From: Octopus vulgaris
Lineage: Eukaryota
Reading direction: 5' to 3'
Length of the DNA stretch: 64,000 bases
NCBI GenBank assembly: GCA_951406725.2
Contig: OX597835.1
Span: 18,538,001-18,602,000 of the forward strand
Shown here: one piece after another, positions 1-13,559 of the stretch
How the letters are laid out: each line of letters opens with the position of its first letter
How positions within the stretch are numbered: position 1 is the first letter of the stretch
The notes under the pieces: generated by a model
What the model was told of the DNA's origin: nothing
The model's database searches: none
What the model saw: only the letters and a program-made list of their open reading frames with translations
Program-made: the position numbers and the translations under genes

Positions 1-640
1 CTGAATGGTAAATTGAACCCATCGTCAGGTCAGTAAAATTCGCCGGCAATTTGGACAACTTTAGGGATGTCTGAACTGTTGCAAGGATTCAGAGGACATG
101 TGTACATTGAAAAGATTCTCCCTTATCCATCCTTTTTGTCTCTGAAACCTTATTATATTTCATAGTCACTGTGTTTTCTCTAGAGAGATGGATAAAATAT
201 GTGTGGTTTGATAAGTTCTAGAATTTGGCTTTGGAGATTACACGAAATATGTACGTAAACATTGGTGTCAAAGAGTGTACTGCTTGCTAGACATGGAACA
301 GCATTCACCAAACAAAGACGTGACGTGAAGTGAGCAAGATAACTCATCGACCGACAGTGATTAGCAGACGTGTTAAAAAAATTGACGCAGCTTGTTTAGG
401 TACATAATATATTATAGATGATAGACACTGCATGACGTGAGAATAAGATGGAAAGAAGAGGTAGATCTCGCTGAGAGAGGATTTCCTGAAACCTTCCATC
501 TGTCTGCAACAAGACTTATCACTAACGTAAGAGAATATGAAGAAAACTATGGTTGGTTGTAGGAGAAACGATTAAACCTATACTATTAAGCGATAAACAC
601 ATAAAAAAATACTCGCAAACACACACCTACATATATGTGC

Positions 641-701
<61 letters not shown>

Positions 702-1285
702 TATACATACATATATATATGTGTATGTACGTGTGTGTGTGTGTGTATGTGTGTGTGTAAATAAGTGTATATATATATATACATATATAACACAACTGAC
801 ATGCATACAAACTGGTACATACCATCTCACATGTGTGTACGCCCATAAATATATATGTGCGTGTATGTGTTGTGCGTGCATATACGTTGGTCTGTGCGTG
901 TATATCTATTATATAAAATCCGTTCTCTCTATCTGTGTGTGTGTGTCTTCTAGGATCTCAGGCATCCTCCATCCGATTGCGCTCGAATTTGATATGTAAA
1001 TACTGACGGTATCAGGGCGTGTATAAGTCTTGGAAAAATTACAAAAATCTATTCCAGGTGAGAATGCAATCGTTTTTGTCCTGCTTTCCTTCCGTCAACC
1101 TGTACATAACTGCACCTTCCATTATTTGTTGTTTTTGTACTACTTAAAGGCACGTTTCTTTACTGTCAAGCTTACTGTTCAAACCTTGTTTGTGTTCTCT
1201 CAGACAACAGCCTTATAATTACTGGTACATTACACTCTCTCCCATCTCTCTCCCACTCTCTCTCTCTCTCTCGCTGTCATTCTAT

Positions 1286-1361
<76 letters not shown>

Positions 1362-1525
1362 GTGTCTCTATCATTCTCTTTATCTATTCATCTGAAAAGC
1401 AGCTTGAATGAAGATATTTTACTACTTCTTTTCTTCATTGCTGTTGTTATGGGATGTTGGTTATGCCTTATAATATTTGTGCGAATGTATTTAATGGTAA
1501 AGCCTTATCTTTACTGCCTCGCCAA

Positions 1526-1617
1526 ATTTTTTCAAAATCTACTGCGCAGACGCAGCACTTCGCCCTTTTTTATTGCCGGTGAAGGGCTGCATCTGCGCAA
1601 TGGATTTTGAAAAAAAT
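1526..1617. repeat. Isolated ~90-nt inverted repeat (hairpin)
   Basis: Arms TTTTTTCAAAATCTACTGCGCAGACGCAGCACTTCGCC and GGTGAAGGGCTGCATCTGCGCAATGGATTTTGAAAAAA are reverse complements with 5 differences; loop about 13 nt. Confidence 0.85.
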
Positions 1618-2004
1618 AGGATGTATATACAATAGGCACATAGTTTGAGCGCCTCGTGTTTATATACCTAACCCAAGGTGTACCTGTTGAGGACGATTTC
1701 ACCTAGCGTGTAAATGTTATTTACTTGCTAAACTAAAATCAGAAACCATTTGGTCCAGGAAACTAGATGGTAAAATGTTTTTATTTTTTCATTTCGTTCC
1801 TATCGAATCTTATCCGTAATTTTCTGGCTATAGAACCTAGCTGTCTTTTCTAGCGGGTTGAATCCCATAACTGGATTCCCCATGTGTTTAAATGTACACT
1901 GTAGTTCATGACTAATACCTAGTCTTAGGACAATATTTTTACACGTTAGGCCACTGGAAATGAAAATATTAATTAATTTCCATTTCCCTTTGATATGATT
2001 AAGT

Positions 2005-2044
<40 letters not shown>

Positions 2045-2045
2045 G

Positions 2046-2077
<32 letters not shown>

Positions 2078-2911
2078 GTAGCTATGAAATTCCAAATAAT
2101 ATAATCCTAGATATACATTATTTCTTAAGTGTAGGGCCTTGATTTTATCTATTGAGTTTGGTTTATTCTCATCCACTTTCTCACTCTAAATGGTTCAATG
2201 CTAATTATTGCTCTGTATTTTGACAATAAACTTGTGTTTCTTCAATCAATAAAAAGTACTCTAGTATCTGATACACCTCTAGCTAGCTCAATTCTTTGAT
2301 GCAACGTATACGTGGTCATTCCGATTGAAGCTGCAGCTAAGTCTCTGCAAAACAACTCATTATTCTCTTTAAAAAAAGAAACACAGGATATTGCAGTCTG
2401 CAAACTATGTATGGTAAAGGGGAAAAAAGAACTTACACTCAAGTATGATAACTTCGTTTTCGTACATCTCTCATATCTGACCTGCGGCTACACAATAACA
2501 ATATACGTCTGACTACCGTCAGACCTTGTCTACGTAATATTTCGTTCAGTTTGTGGTTTATCAGTTCTGTAATTCAATGCAGATATTAAGTAATGTCTTG
2601 TCTTTGACTTTTTAAATTTTATCTTGTAGATTTTTTTAGTCATTTCTCTACATCATCCCAACATGTCAAGATTTCTTAACAGCTTAGCAGAAATAGCGTG
2701 CAAAATCAGCTCTGAATGAAGGACTAAATATTCATTGAGTCCACCTCGAACGGGCGTGCAGACGTCGTGGACAAGATTTGGATTATGATATCGGAGGTAT
2801 TGGAAAATTATGCAGGGATTGTGTTAATATCTTTTTTCTACATTCTAAATTCTCATGGTGTATAAAGAAAACTTATAGGGACTAAATCGGTAGTAATAAA
2901 CGGTAAATAAT

Positions 2912-3319
2912 GTGCAGTGGCTGTGTGGTAAGTAGCTTTCTAACCAACCACATGGTTCCGGGTTCAGTCCCACTGCGTGGCATCTTGGTCAACTGTCTTC
3001 TGCTATAGCCCCGGGCCAACCAATGCCTTGTGAGTGGATTTGGTAGACGAAAACTGAAAGAAGCCTGTCGTATATATATGTATATATATATATATATGTG
3101 TGTATGTGTGTGTGTTTGTCCCCCTAGCATTGCTTGACAACCGATGCTGGTGTGTTTACGTCCCTGTCACTTAGCGGTTCGGCAAAAGAGACCGATAGAA
3201 TAAGTACTGGACTTACAAAGAATAAGTCCCGGGGTCGATTTGATCGACTAAAGGCGGTGCTCCAGCATGCCCGCAGTCAAATGACTGAAACAAGTAAAAG
3301 AGTAAAAGAGTAAAAGAGT
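2912..3319 (+). mobile_element. SINE family A (tRNA-derived, CORE-like; octopus OR2-like), near full length
   Basis: A box TGGCTGTGTGG, B box GGTTCAGTCC, CORE-like (C)CTTGGGCAAGTG region, internal (TA)n(TG)n, 3' (GAGTAAAA)n tail; many near-identical copies in window. Confidence 0.9.
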
Positions 3320-3360
3320 GATTTTAATCAGATTGAAAAGCTGAACACGTATATATACAT

Positions 3361-3596
3361 ATACCTATTTCTTTACTACCCACAAGGGGCTAAACACAGA
3401 GAGGACAAACAAGGACAGACAAACGGATTAAGTCGATTACATCGACTCCAGTGCGTCACTGGTACTTAATTTATCGACCCCAAAATGATGAAAAGTAAAG
3501 TCGACCTCGGCGGAATTTGAACTCAGAACGCAGCGGCGGACGACATACCACAAAGCATTTCGCCCGGCGTGCTAACGATTCTGCCAGCTCGCCGCC
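3361..3596 (-). mobile_element. SINE family B (tRNA-derived, Deu/Nin-domain-like)
   Basis: Reverse strand reads GGCGGCGAGCTGGCAGAA...GAGTTCAAATTCC (B box)...TTTCATC..TT.GGGGTCGATAAA..AAGTACCAG, ending GTAAAGAAATAG; multicopy. Confidence 0.9.
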
Positions 3597-3627
3597 TTAA
3601 TTTATACATATACCCAAAGGGAAATAG

Positions 3628-3697
<70 letters not shown>

Positions 3698-4338
3698 CGT
3701 GTCTGTGATGATGTATGCATATATGCATGTAACATACAGAAATAGAAGTATAGCAAAAACTATAAAACATAATATCTTGAATGATTCAAAATTATAAAAC
3801 GGCAACTGAAATCAGTTCTATATGAGAAGCGGTGCAAGGTGAATATCTTAAGAATTAAGAACTCTTCGAAGTTATAATACTTCCAATACTAACGGTGGAC
3901 CTATTACATGGATATATGACAAAAATAGCGGACGTGTGTTCCACTGCAGTAGACACCCTCAGCTTGACAATTCTCTTAACGTGATTCAGAAGGCAAGGGC
4001 CAAGTATTAAATTAGCAGAGCACATTCGTGATACAAGTAGTATATATAAATTAAATGAACATTTTCTAAGATAAAGAACTTCAAGAGTTCAGAGGTTTGT
4101 GTATGAACTACTTCGTCAAATATCAAGCAAGCTGAATTTGTATATTGAAACTGACTCTTCAGCCACATGGGGAATGTCACATTTGTTCAAAGAGAGAAGA
4201 TTCACATGAGAAGGGGACACAATATCATGCATCAATGCCTCAGCAAATTTGACACATCATGAAGTGGAACGGAAGGGTTATTGTCTAGAGATATAAGGAC
4301 AATCGTCAACACATGCATACCGATGTATATGTATTTGG

Positions 4339-4390
<52 letters not shown>

Positions 4391-4394
<4 letters not shown>

Positions 4395-4697
4395 AAACAG
4401 AATTTGCAACCCGTATAATCCAAATAGGCTGGGATTTCGTTATTTTCTTTCTCTTTACCATATACGGGTTGCAAATTCTGTTTGTTTGTGGAGACTTTTT
4501 TACTAGTAGGAGTAATGGTGACCTATTTGGCTGCCATTTCTAATATTTTCAGTATGTGGTTTTGAGTAACTTGTTGCAATTAACCCTTTATTATAATTAA
4601 TATAATTCTTACCAAATATGGTCTTTTCCATACCGATAAAACTACTAGGTGAAATTTATTAATTTTATAAATTAATTATATTACACCCTTTTTGTAT
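4391..4697. mobile_element. Short repeat module between (TA)n tracts with 27-bp perfect inverted repeat; probable PLE terminal-repeat fragment
   Basis: 4391-4417 is the exact reverse complement of 4461-4487; 4640-4697 resembles 50931-50995 in reverse. Confidence 0.5.
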
Positions 4698-4710
4698 ATT
4701 ATATATATAC

Positions 4711-4759
<49 letters not shown>

Positions 4760-5111
4760 ATACATACAGATATATGCAAAGAGAAAGAGAGACAGGCAGA
4801 CAGGGACAGTGAGGTAGGGGAGAAAGGGGAAGCGAGAACGAGAGAGATAGAGAGGGAGTCAAGAGATAGGTGATATCCCGAGCTGTTCAATATAGAGAAC
4901 AAGTTATGATTTGATGTTACACTTTGAAGTCTTTATCGTGGACAAAGCCCACGTGTTAAATATCGCCTCATAAGAGAAATACAGGAGAGCATATATGGTG
5001 GTCCTGATAGGGTAAAGGAAATTTGCTTTCACTCTATGTAAATATGTATTGTAAAGATAGAAATATCTCCATGTTTATACACGAGTGTTCAACTGAATAT
5101 TTTCAGTGTTT

Positions 5112-5265
5112 ATTTACATTATTGCGTTTGACGGATATTCGTCCTTATCTTGTTTGTTGTTGACACAAAGTTTCGGCTGGTATACCCTCCAGCCTTCTTA
5201 AGGTGTCTTGGGAAAATTTCCAACCTGGGTTCTCATTCCTAAGGTATTTTTCGATGTTGTTGTTG

Positions 5266-5302
<37 letters not shown>

Positions 5303-5330
5303 GATTCGCTCTTAACCACTCCGCCCTATG
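5112..5330 (-). mobile_element. Inverted, partly deleted copy of the tRNA-head/hammerhead element
   Basis: Reverse complement matches 5555-5695 (CCTTAGGAATGAGAACCCAGGTT...) and the head (GGCGGAGTGGTTAAGAGCG). Confidence 0.85.
5162..5207 (-). ncRNA. Minimal type-I hammerhead ribozyme motif (core G5 mutated)
   Basis: Minus strand GACAC-CTTAAGA-A-GGCTGG AGGGTATA CCAGCC-GAAA-CT-TT-GTGTC: perfect 5-bp stem I, 6-bp stem II. Confidence 0.65.
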
Positions 5331-5721
<391 letters not shown>

Positions 5722-6958
5722 TTTTCAGTGTTTGTTTATCTCTCTCTATATATATACCCATATATATAAAGAGATAGCAATATTCCTTTATTATTCAAAA
5801 TGAATGACACTTTCTTTAAATTTTATTCGTGTATTTTCCTTATATAAAGAGTATTGCTAACAGCCACAAACGAAAAAGAAGAATGAATAATAACTGAAAC
5901 GAGATTTTGAGTCAAGTTATCCAAATATTATTTCAGATATATTTCAGAATTTTTGTTCCAGTGCTAATGCAAAATCCAAACTTAACCTTTGTAGACATTA
6001 CCACAATGAAATATAATCCAGAGGACATTTTTGATAAAGTTTTAGAAAGAAGAAATATTTTAAAATAATACCTGGAAAACAAAATCACATAACAAATATC
6101 CGAACAAAAATTAATACATAATAAAATAAATTTAATTTCAGCATTCTGCTGATACCACAAAAATTTAATTTTGGCATACGTTTTTTTTGTTTAATTATTT
6201 TGCATAAATTACATACATTTTTCTCTGCGAATATATATTTATTATATTATTTTTTGTAATTTAATCTGAAAATATTTATGCAAAAAAAAAAATATATATT
6301 TTATTAAATCTATTCCAGAATCTAAATTAAATAACAGTGTCAAATGTTTTCGCTCAGAACCTTTTTCTAATAAAATATATCTTTGAAATATTTTATAGCT
6401 AAATTTTGAATTCTTCTTTTTTTTGGTTTTTGAAAAAAAATTACATTTATATTTCATTATATATTATATTTCGGGAGTAAAACTCATGTATAAATACATA
6501 GATAATGTACACGCGCAAACACACACATACAGAGACTGAAACTAGAGTGTAAGACTGATATAGAGAGATAAATCAGTTTATATGTAGATAGATAAAAATG
6601 GGTATGTATACACGGGCACACACAAAAACCACATGCACGTGCACGCGCACGCGCACACAAAACCACACATACACGCACACACACACACACATATATATAC
6701 TGCGATAGGCAGGAAAACCAATATGTAGAGAGGTAAACATAGATACACATATGAAAATATACATATACATACATACGCACACGCACATATAAATATATGT
6801 AAATGTATATATATATATACGTTGTATATATGTATGCATATATATATATGCCTATTTATATATATGTATGTATACTTGTATATATATGCATATGTATATA
6901 TACATGTATATATATATGAATGTATAATATATACGTATATATATATGCATATGTATAT

Positions 6959-6999
<41 letters not shown>

Positions 7000-7329
7000 C
7001 ATCTATATATATATATATGTATTATATATATATATATATATATGCATATATGTATATGTCTCTGTATATATGTATATATATATTTAATTTTATATATATA
7101 TATGTACCGAAAACGTTCTATTCATGTATAGAAAATCCCGTATTCCACCTGTAGGAATTTAACTCTGGATGAAATACATGATGTGTCCTCATGCATTGTA
7201 TGGCTGCATCGCGTGTGTATTGCTTACTGAAGTTAGTGCTGGCTATACGTTGCAAGAACTAGAAAAAATTAAATATACGAAAAGAACTTGGATGACTTGC
7301 GATCGTTCTTCTTTTTTTTTTTTTGATGT

Positions 7330-7620
7330 TATGTGGTTTCCGGTATAGGGAATTGACGGGTAAAACAGTTATATTCAATCAGGAATTTTTACGAATGGGG
7401 CTCACGAATGGCACGCTTCCTAAATGTTTTGGCGGGTTTGTGTTGAACTCGTCCTATATTTCTGTTGTTTGTGTGCAGGGATTTAATGTGATCGTCAAAT
7501 TTATTTTATATTCCCTGTTGTTACTCGTAAGAGACGTTGGATTTGATAGTTGCTGCATTAAATCAGCGCTGTGAATGCAAGTTCTTAAGTGAGTGAAGCC
7601 TGTTTGGAGTAATTATACAG
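7330..7620 (-). pseudogene. Possible highly decayed Penelope-like GIY-YIG region
   Basis: Minus-strand pieces RTCIH...REYKINLTITLNPCTQ and IGRV...TFRKR loosely match PLE Cys/GIY-YIG motifs; lies next to the PLE-like repeat at 7973-8646. Confidence 0.25.
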
Positions 7621-7972
7621 CAATATTTGGAGAATGCTGCTTCATTGTTATGTCAGCTGCACATGAGAATGCATTTTACATTTTGTGAACATGTGTGGCG
7701 TTTATGCAGGTAAAGGTTAATTAAATACAGCGGCGAAGTATGTTGGTTACTTTGGCAATTTCCATTCGGGAAATTGCAACTTCAGTGAGGTTTGTCTTTG
7801 CATATGACGTAGGCTTGGCAATCTGTGAGGTAATTTTCTACTGTACATTAACGATATTAACGTTGTCTTATATAAATTTTAGCACAAATTGAGTTGAAAA
7901 TTCGCTGATATTAGGAAGATACGTGCAGAAAGTTCTTCGTTTGTGTGGAGATGATATGTATGCATATACATA

Positions 7973-8646
7973 TAAAATTAAATAATGAGGGCTGAAATTG
8001 ATATTAATCAATTAAAACCAGTGGCTTAGCTTATTTAAAAAATCTGAATATTTAAAATTATATTACATACAAAATTAAGTGGAATGACCATCAAAGTGGA
8101 CTCCTAATATGCTAAATATAGATGTCAGATCGCCTTACCACGAAGTCTATGTTCTCAAGAAAAATTTCAGTAGAACGCCAGAATGTAACATTGAGCAAGA
8201 CAAATTAAAACATACGGAATAAAAAAAACGATTACTTACGTATCGATCTTTTTGCTTGTTAATATTTACTAATGCTTATATCGGCAGGCTCATCAGCGTA
8301 GACAGTCGCTTACAAAACACAATTTCCAGAACTAGACAAAGAACGCTAACCCGAAATACGGCATGTATAAAGTTCTACAATTTATATTTGGGTGTATTTT
8401 TTAAATGTCTTAATCTTGGCGTGCTGAGGCCGGAAATAACTCTGCAGTTAATAAATTTCTGCAGCTAATTTACCAGTTAGAGAACATTATTATTTAAAAA
8501 TTAAATAATGAGATAATGAGGGTAGAAATTGATATTATTCAATTAAAATCAGTGCCTTAGCGTACTAAGAGAACAAACTCATTGATTTGACGTCTTTATT
8601 TAGCATATTAGGTGTCCACTTTGGTGGTTATTCCTCGTTATTTTGT
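7973..8646 (-). mobile_element. PLE-like terminal repeat (partial tandem plus inverted segment)
   Basis: 7973-8030 repeated directly at 8497-8561; 8585-8646 is an inverted copy of ~8069-8130; degenerate CTGATGA...GATA on the minus strand at ~8278-8296. Confidence 0.6.
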
Positions 8647-8714
<68 letters not shown>

Positions 8715-9279
8715 ATGCATATACATGAGTGTGTGTGTATGTATAGTACACATGGGCTTTGTACATAGCGATACTTAAATGTGTTCGCCATGTATTGTGA
8801 TTTGGGAAAAGCATGCATTGTGTAATAAAAAGAGAAGATTTTGTCTCGTATGTATTTCATTGAGGTGGAAATAGTACAGCGATGTATTCGTGCTTCTTGA
8901 TGATATTTAAGTAGCCATTACTTTTTCTATATTACACACCAAAATCCAGATACTGGAAAATTAGCAGTTCTATGACTTTCTATGACTTTGTAGGAAATTT
9001 GGAAATACCAAACTATTCAGAATTTTGCATTCTTTTCCCAATGCTTCACGGATGGAACGTCTTAAATGATAGTCGAATATATATTTTGTTTCCCTTATTT
9101 TCAATTATTTTCTTGAATTCTTTTCCATTTCTACTGTGAGTCTGCATGCAGGTCTTCAGATTCATGAATGTCCCCTGTGTCACTCTACGTGTATTTTTGA
9201 ACTGGTTTACTCCTTCAGGTTACCATTGCGATATTAGTTTTAATGTTACCATTGATAGTGGTGTTGATGGATTTAAAGT

Positions 9280-9720
9280 ATCCAAATTGAGGCTTATTGG
9301 TAGAATTTTGATATGCCCTGTATAGATATTCACGAGTGAATTTCGACGTTGTTTCCTTTTTTGATATAAGTTTTATATACATTATGCTTAGTTGTTGTGA
9401 ATTTTTATATTTACAAATTTATGGCGTTTGCCATTTCTTCTCTGTGATGCTACTAACTGGTTTACATGAACATCAAGAAATGTCTTATTTCTATCCAGAC
9501 GTGAATGGTTTGTTGACGTTTGTACGACGTTGTGTATGTTTAGAATTGTGACTGTGAAATTCTTCAAAACTTGACACGTTTCGTGCGTCGAACTCATTCA
9601 ATTGTCCTTTAATCTTGAACATAAAAGACATATAGCATTCCCATTTGATGTTCTAGATTGCTGTTATTGTAAACAGTGTGTCTGTAAGATGATCTGTTTC
9701 ATGATTCAAGCTGGTCCATG
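9280..9720 (+). pseudogene. Decayed Penelope-like reverse transcriptase fragment
   Basis: Ordered motifs VNFDVVSFF (cf. SFDVxSLFT), YLQIYGV (cf. YxQxxGxxMG), IQLSFNLEH..IAFPFDVL (cf. IKFTxExE..LPFLD); deletions and frameshifts. Confidence 0.55.
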
Positions 9721-10203
9721 GACGAAGAGAGGGCTAAAAGCAAAATACATATAGCTGGTTTACTGAGGAACATTTAACATGTATGTATGACTATGTGTGA
9801 AATATTATGGAAGACGGGTTGAAAGCATTGAAGACTAGAGAGTGATTAGCAATATAAGATAGGAAAAACATTGAAGAAAGCGGGCAAGGTTTGGAGAACG
9901 TATTGTGAGTTATCTATTTATAGTTAACAACAGCGGTACGTGTCTATATATACACAGTGATATACCATTACATATACTTCCATTGAAAGATAAAACATAA
10001 AGACACAGAGGAAAAGCCATTCACAGACTGGGTAATTAAATATTGATTGATGCCTCCCTCCCCTCTCTCTCGGTCTCGATCTACTTACATACACGTTTGC
10101 AACACATTCGGACATGAAAATACGCACACACACACACACATACAGACACAAATATATATGTATTTCTATATGCAATCGCACACACACACACACACACACA
10201 CAC

Positions 10204-10308
<105 letters not shown>

Positions 10309-10329
10309 AATAGGTAGGTAGATAGATAT

Positions 10330-10362
<33 letters not shown>

Positions 10363-10802
10363 AGGAAGAACATACAGAGACAAATGCGTGAAATTAGATA
10401 GAATGCTGATTTGCAATAATAAAATGATTTGCAAATATGGATTTGAACTAGTATCTAGTACGGACTGCATAAATATATAGAAATGCAGATATATAAATTA
10501 ATAAAGTGGAACATATTTAATTAGACCTGTATATATATAAATATATCTATGTACGTGTATGTGTTTGCGTGAGTGTGTGCTTGGGTGAGTATGTGTGTGT
10601 GTGCGCATATATGAATATATGTGTACAAATGCCTGTGCATTTATGTATATGCATTTAAACACGAGGAGAAGGAAAGGTGACGGTGAAATATGTATCGATA
10701 CACAACAGATTGAATTAAATAAATATGTATGTTATACAGGTGTATATGTATGTACTTCTATGCATATGTATGTGTGTATGTATGTATAGATATATATATG
10801 TA

Positions 10803-10851
<49 letters not shown>

Positions 10852-10907
10852 TAAATATATGTATATATATATGTATGTATATATAAGCATATGGATATAA
10901 TGAATAC

Positions 10908-10949
<42 letters not shown>

Positions 10950-11368
10950 AAATAGGTACATGTATGTGTGTGAGTGTTTGTGCGTATGTTTCTCTATGTG
11001 TGTGTATATAAAATATGTGTATGGATGTATGTGTACGTGCAGATTTGCGAATATGTGCATCCAGTTCGTGAGAGAAGGCAGGAACCTATTAAAAAAATAA
11101 ACTAATAGTGAAATATCGAAATATAATAAGCTATAGAGTTAGATCGATAATTTCACAACTCTCAAGAATATATATAATACGATTCTGAGTTACGAATTAG
11201 GAATTAAAATCTGGCATTATAACCCAGAAGACATTCTAACTTCGTTGCGGTGACATTCTTGGCTTCGAAAATAATCACCTGCAGTCAAACAGTTTTCATA
11301 CGCATGTGAAACTGTTTTGTTTCTGTATGGGCTTCGCATGTGACTATGTATTTATTTATTATGTCAGA

Positions 11369-11520
11369 ATGGCTGTGTGGTAAGTAGCTTGTTTACGAAC
11401 CACATGGTTCCGGCTTCAGTCCCACTGCGTGGCACCTTGGGCAAGTGTCTTCTACTGTAGCCTCGGGTCGACCAAATACTTGTGAGTGGATTTGGTAAAC
11501 GGAAAGTGAAAGAAGCCCGA
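11369..11520 (+). mobile_element. SINE family A, 5' half
   Basis: Head through AAGAAGCCCG, then (CTAT)n. Confidence 0.85.
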
Positions 11521-11521
11521 C

Positions 11522-11554
<33 letters not shown>

Positions 11555-11555
11555 A

Positions 11556-11590
<35 letters not shown>

Positions 11591-11933
11591 ATGAATACAT
11601 ATAAACCTTACTTGCTTTCCCTTTTACACCATACATCATAACACTGTGATACACGATCCCTATTGATCGTTTTTTTTCCTCTTCCCATTTTTTCCCCTTT
11701 TTCTTCTTTTTTCATTTCTCTTTTCTTTTGTTCCTTTTCCTTTTTTGTTTTTTTTTCTCTTTTTTCTTTATTTTTTGTTCTTTTTTCCCCTTTTACGATC
11801 CCTTTTGATCGAAAACCTACGCCACATTTCTTTTTGTTTCTTTTGTTTTTTGTTTTTTTCATCCCCCAAAAGAAAAGCTCTACCTTGTAACTTGTCCCAT
11901 CTGTGTGCAGCGCTGTGTGGCCAATAAAGAAAC

Positions 11934-12039
<106 letters not shown>

Positions 12040-12298
12040 ACATGAATAATATATAAACAGATGCATATATACATACATATATGTGCATACCAACATCTAT
12101 TACTCTCTTTCGTTGTTTGAATAAAAAGTTATTTTCCCTGTTTTTGTTTTTATGTTTTATGTTTCTCATTGTGTTCAACGTTTTTTCTTTGGTGCCCTCT
12201 ACCCATATATGCAAGTATATATACATATAGATGTAGGTATGTACATATATGTATGTATATATCCATATGTTTATATATTATTTATGTTATTATATGAT

Positions 12299-12450
12299 CC
12301 AAATTTCCCCTAAGATACCTGATGAAAGCTGGAGGGTATATCAAGTCGAAACATTGTGTTAACAACAAACAAGATGAGGACAAATATTCGTCGAATGTAA
12401 ATGATGTAAATAATGTACATATTTCCTCATCTCTTAAGTATAGAACTGTA
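12299..12450 (+). mobile_element. 5'-truncated copy of the hammerhead-tail element
   Basis: Matches 5590-5721 including the end TATAGAACTGTA; hammerhead GATAC-CTGATGA...GAAA-CA-TT-GTGTT at 12314-12360. Confidence 0.85.
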
Positions 12451-12478
12451 TCATTATTATTATCATCATCATCATTAC

Positions 12479-12590
<112 letters not shown>

Positions 12591-12950
12591 TGTAGTAGTA
12601 GTGTTTTTAAATTCTGTTTCGTTTTCTTGAGGCGTAACCTCCCGATACCTAGGGTAAAGAAACTCTGTATAAGTACTGATTGCCCGTTAAAACAAAAACA
12701 CCCTAATCTTCATTTACAAAGAAAATTCACATATATATGTAGAAAGATTAAAATCATATTTTACATGGTTTCGAATTCTCTTCACAGCGACGATATTCTG
12801 CGCAATATGTGTTGCGTTCTATTTAAAACAATATGTACAATATGTTCGATTCGCAGACCGGGTGATGTGTGTGTTTATGAGCAGCTCGAGAATGGACAAG
12901 CAACAATAAGCAACGAAAGGCGAAGCCTCGAAACCGACTTCAACAGCAGT

Positions 12951-13272
12951 GGAGGCGCAATGGCCCCAATGGTTAGGGCAGCGGACTCGCGGTCGATGGA
13001 CCTCGGTTTCGATTCCCAAACCGGGCGTTATGTGTGTTTATTGAGCGAAAACACATAAAGCTCTACGAGGCTCCGACAGTGGGGGGAGACCCCTGTTGTA
13101 CTCTTTCGCTTCAAATTTCCCTCACTTTTTCTTCCTGTTTCTTGTCCCCGACTTCCTACGCAGCCGCTGTGCCTGGATGCGCATTCATCCATCCGTCGGT
13201 ACTCTCGGTGTCGGGGGTTGACCTGCCTTCCCTCCCGTCTTGCGAGCTCTGGGACAATGACCGTTCGCTCTA
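12951..13272 (+). mobile_element. SINE family C (tRNA-Arg-like head; octopus OR1-like)
   Basis: A box TGGCCCCAATGG, anticodon-like GACTCGCG, B box GTTTCGATTCC; body shared with 48375-48543; followed by (CAG/CAA)n. Confidence 0.75.
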
Positions 13273-13559
13273 CAGCAACAGCAGCAACAGCAGCAACAGC
13301 AACTGCAATAGCAACGCCACCAACAACAATAGAATCACAAGTAATCAAAACCAAATCTGACTGTTCCCCGTGTTCTTGTTGCAGCCGTATGTTCCAAAGT
13401 ATGCTGCTGTTATTGTCTGTAAATTTGATCCCGGGGTTGATATTGACTCTCGTGAAGCTACAGCTGCTGCTGCTGCTGACATTGATAGTAATGAGAATCC
13501 TGATGATGACCATAATTATCATAATGACGATGACGATAATAAATTAATATAACCAGGAA

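Noticed and set aside
1800-2009. Minus-strand ORF faintly like a PLE endonuclease C-terminus
   Set aside because: Key Cys/His residues are not retained; similarity is too weak to call
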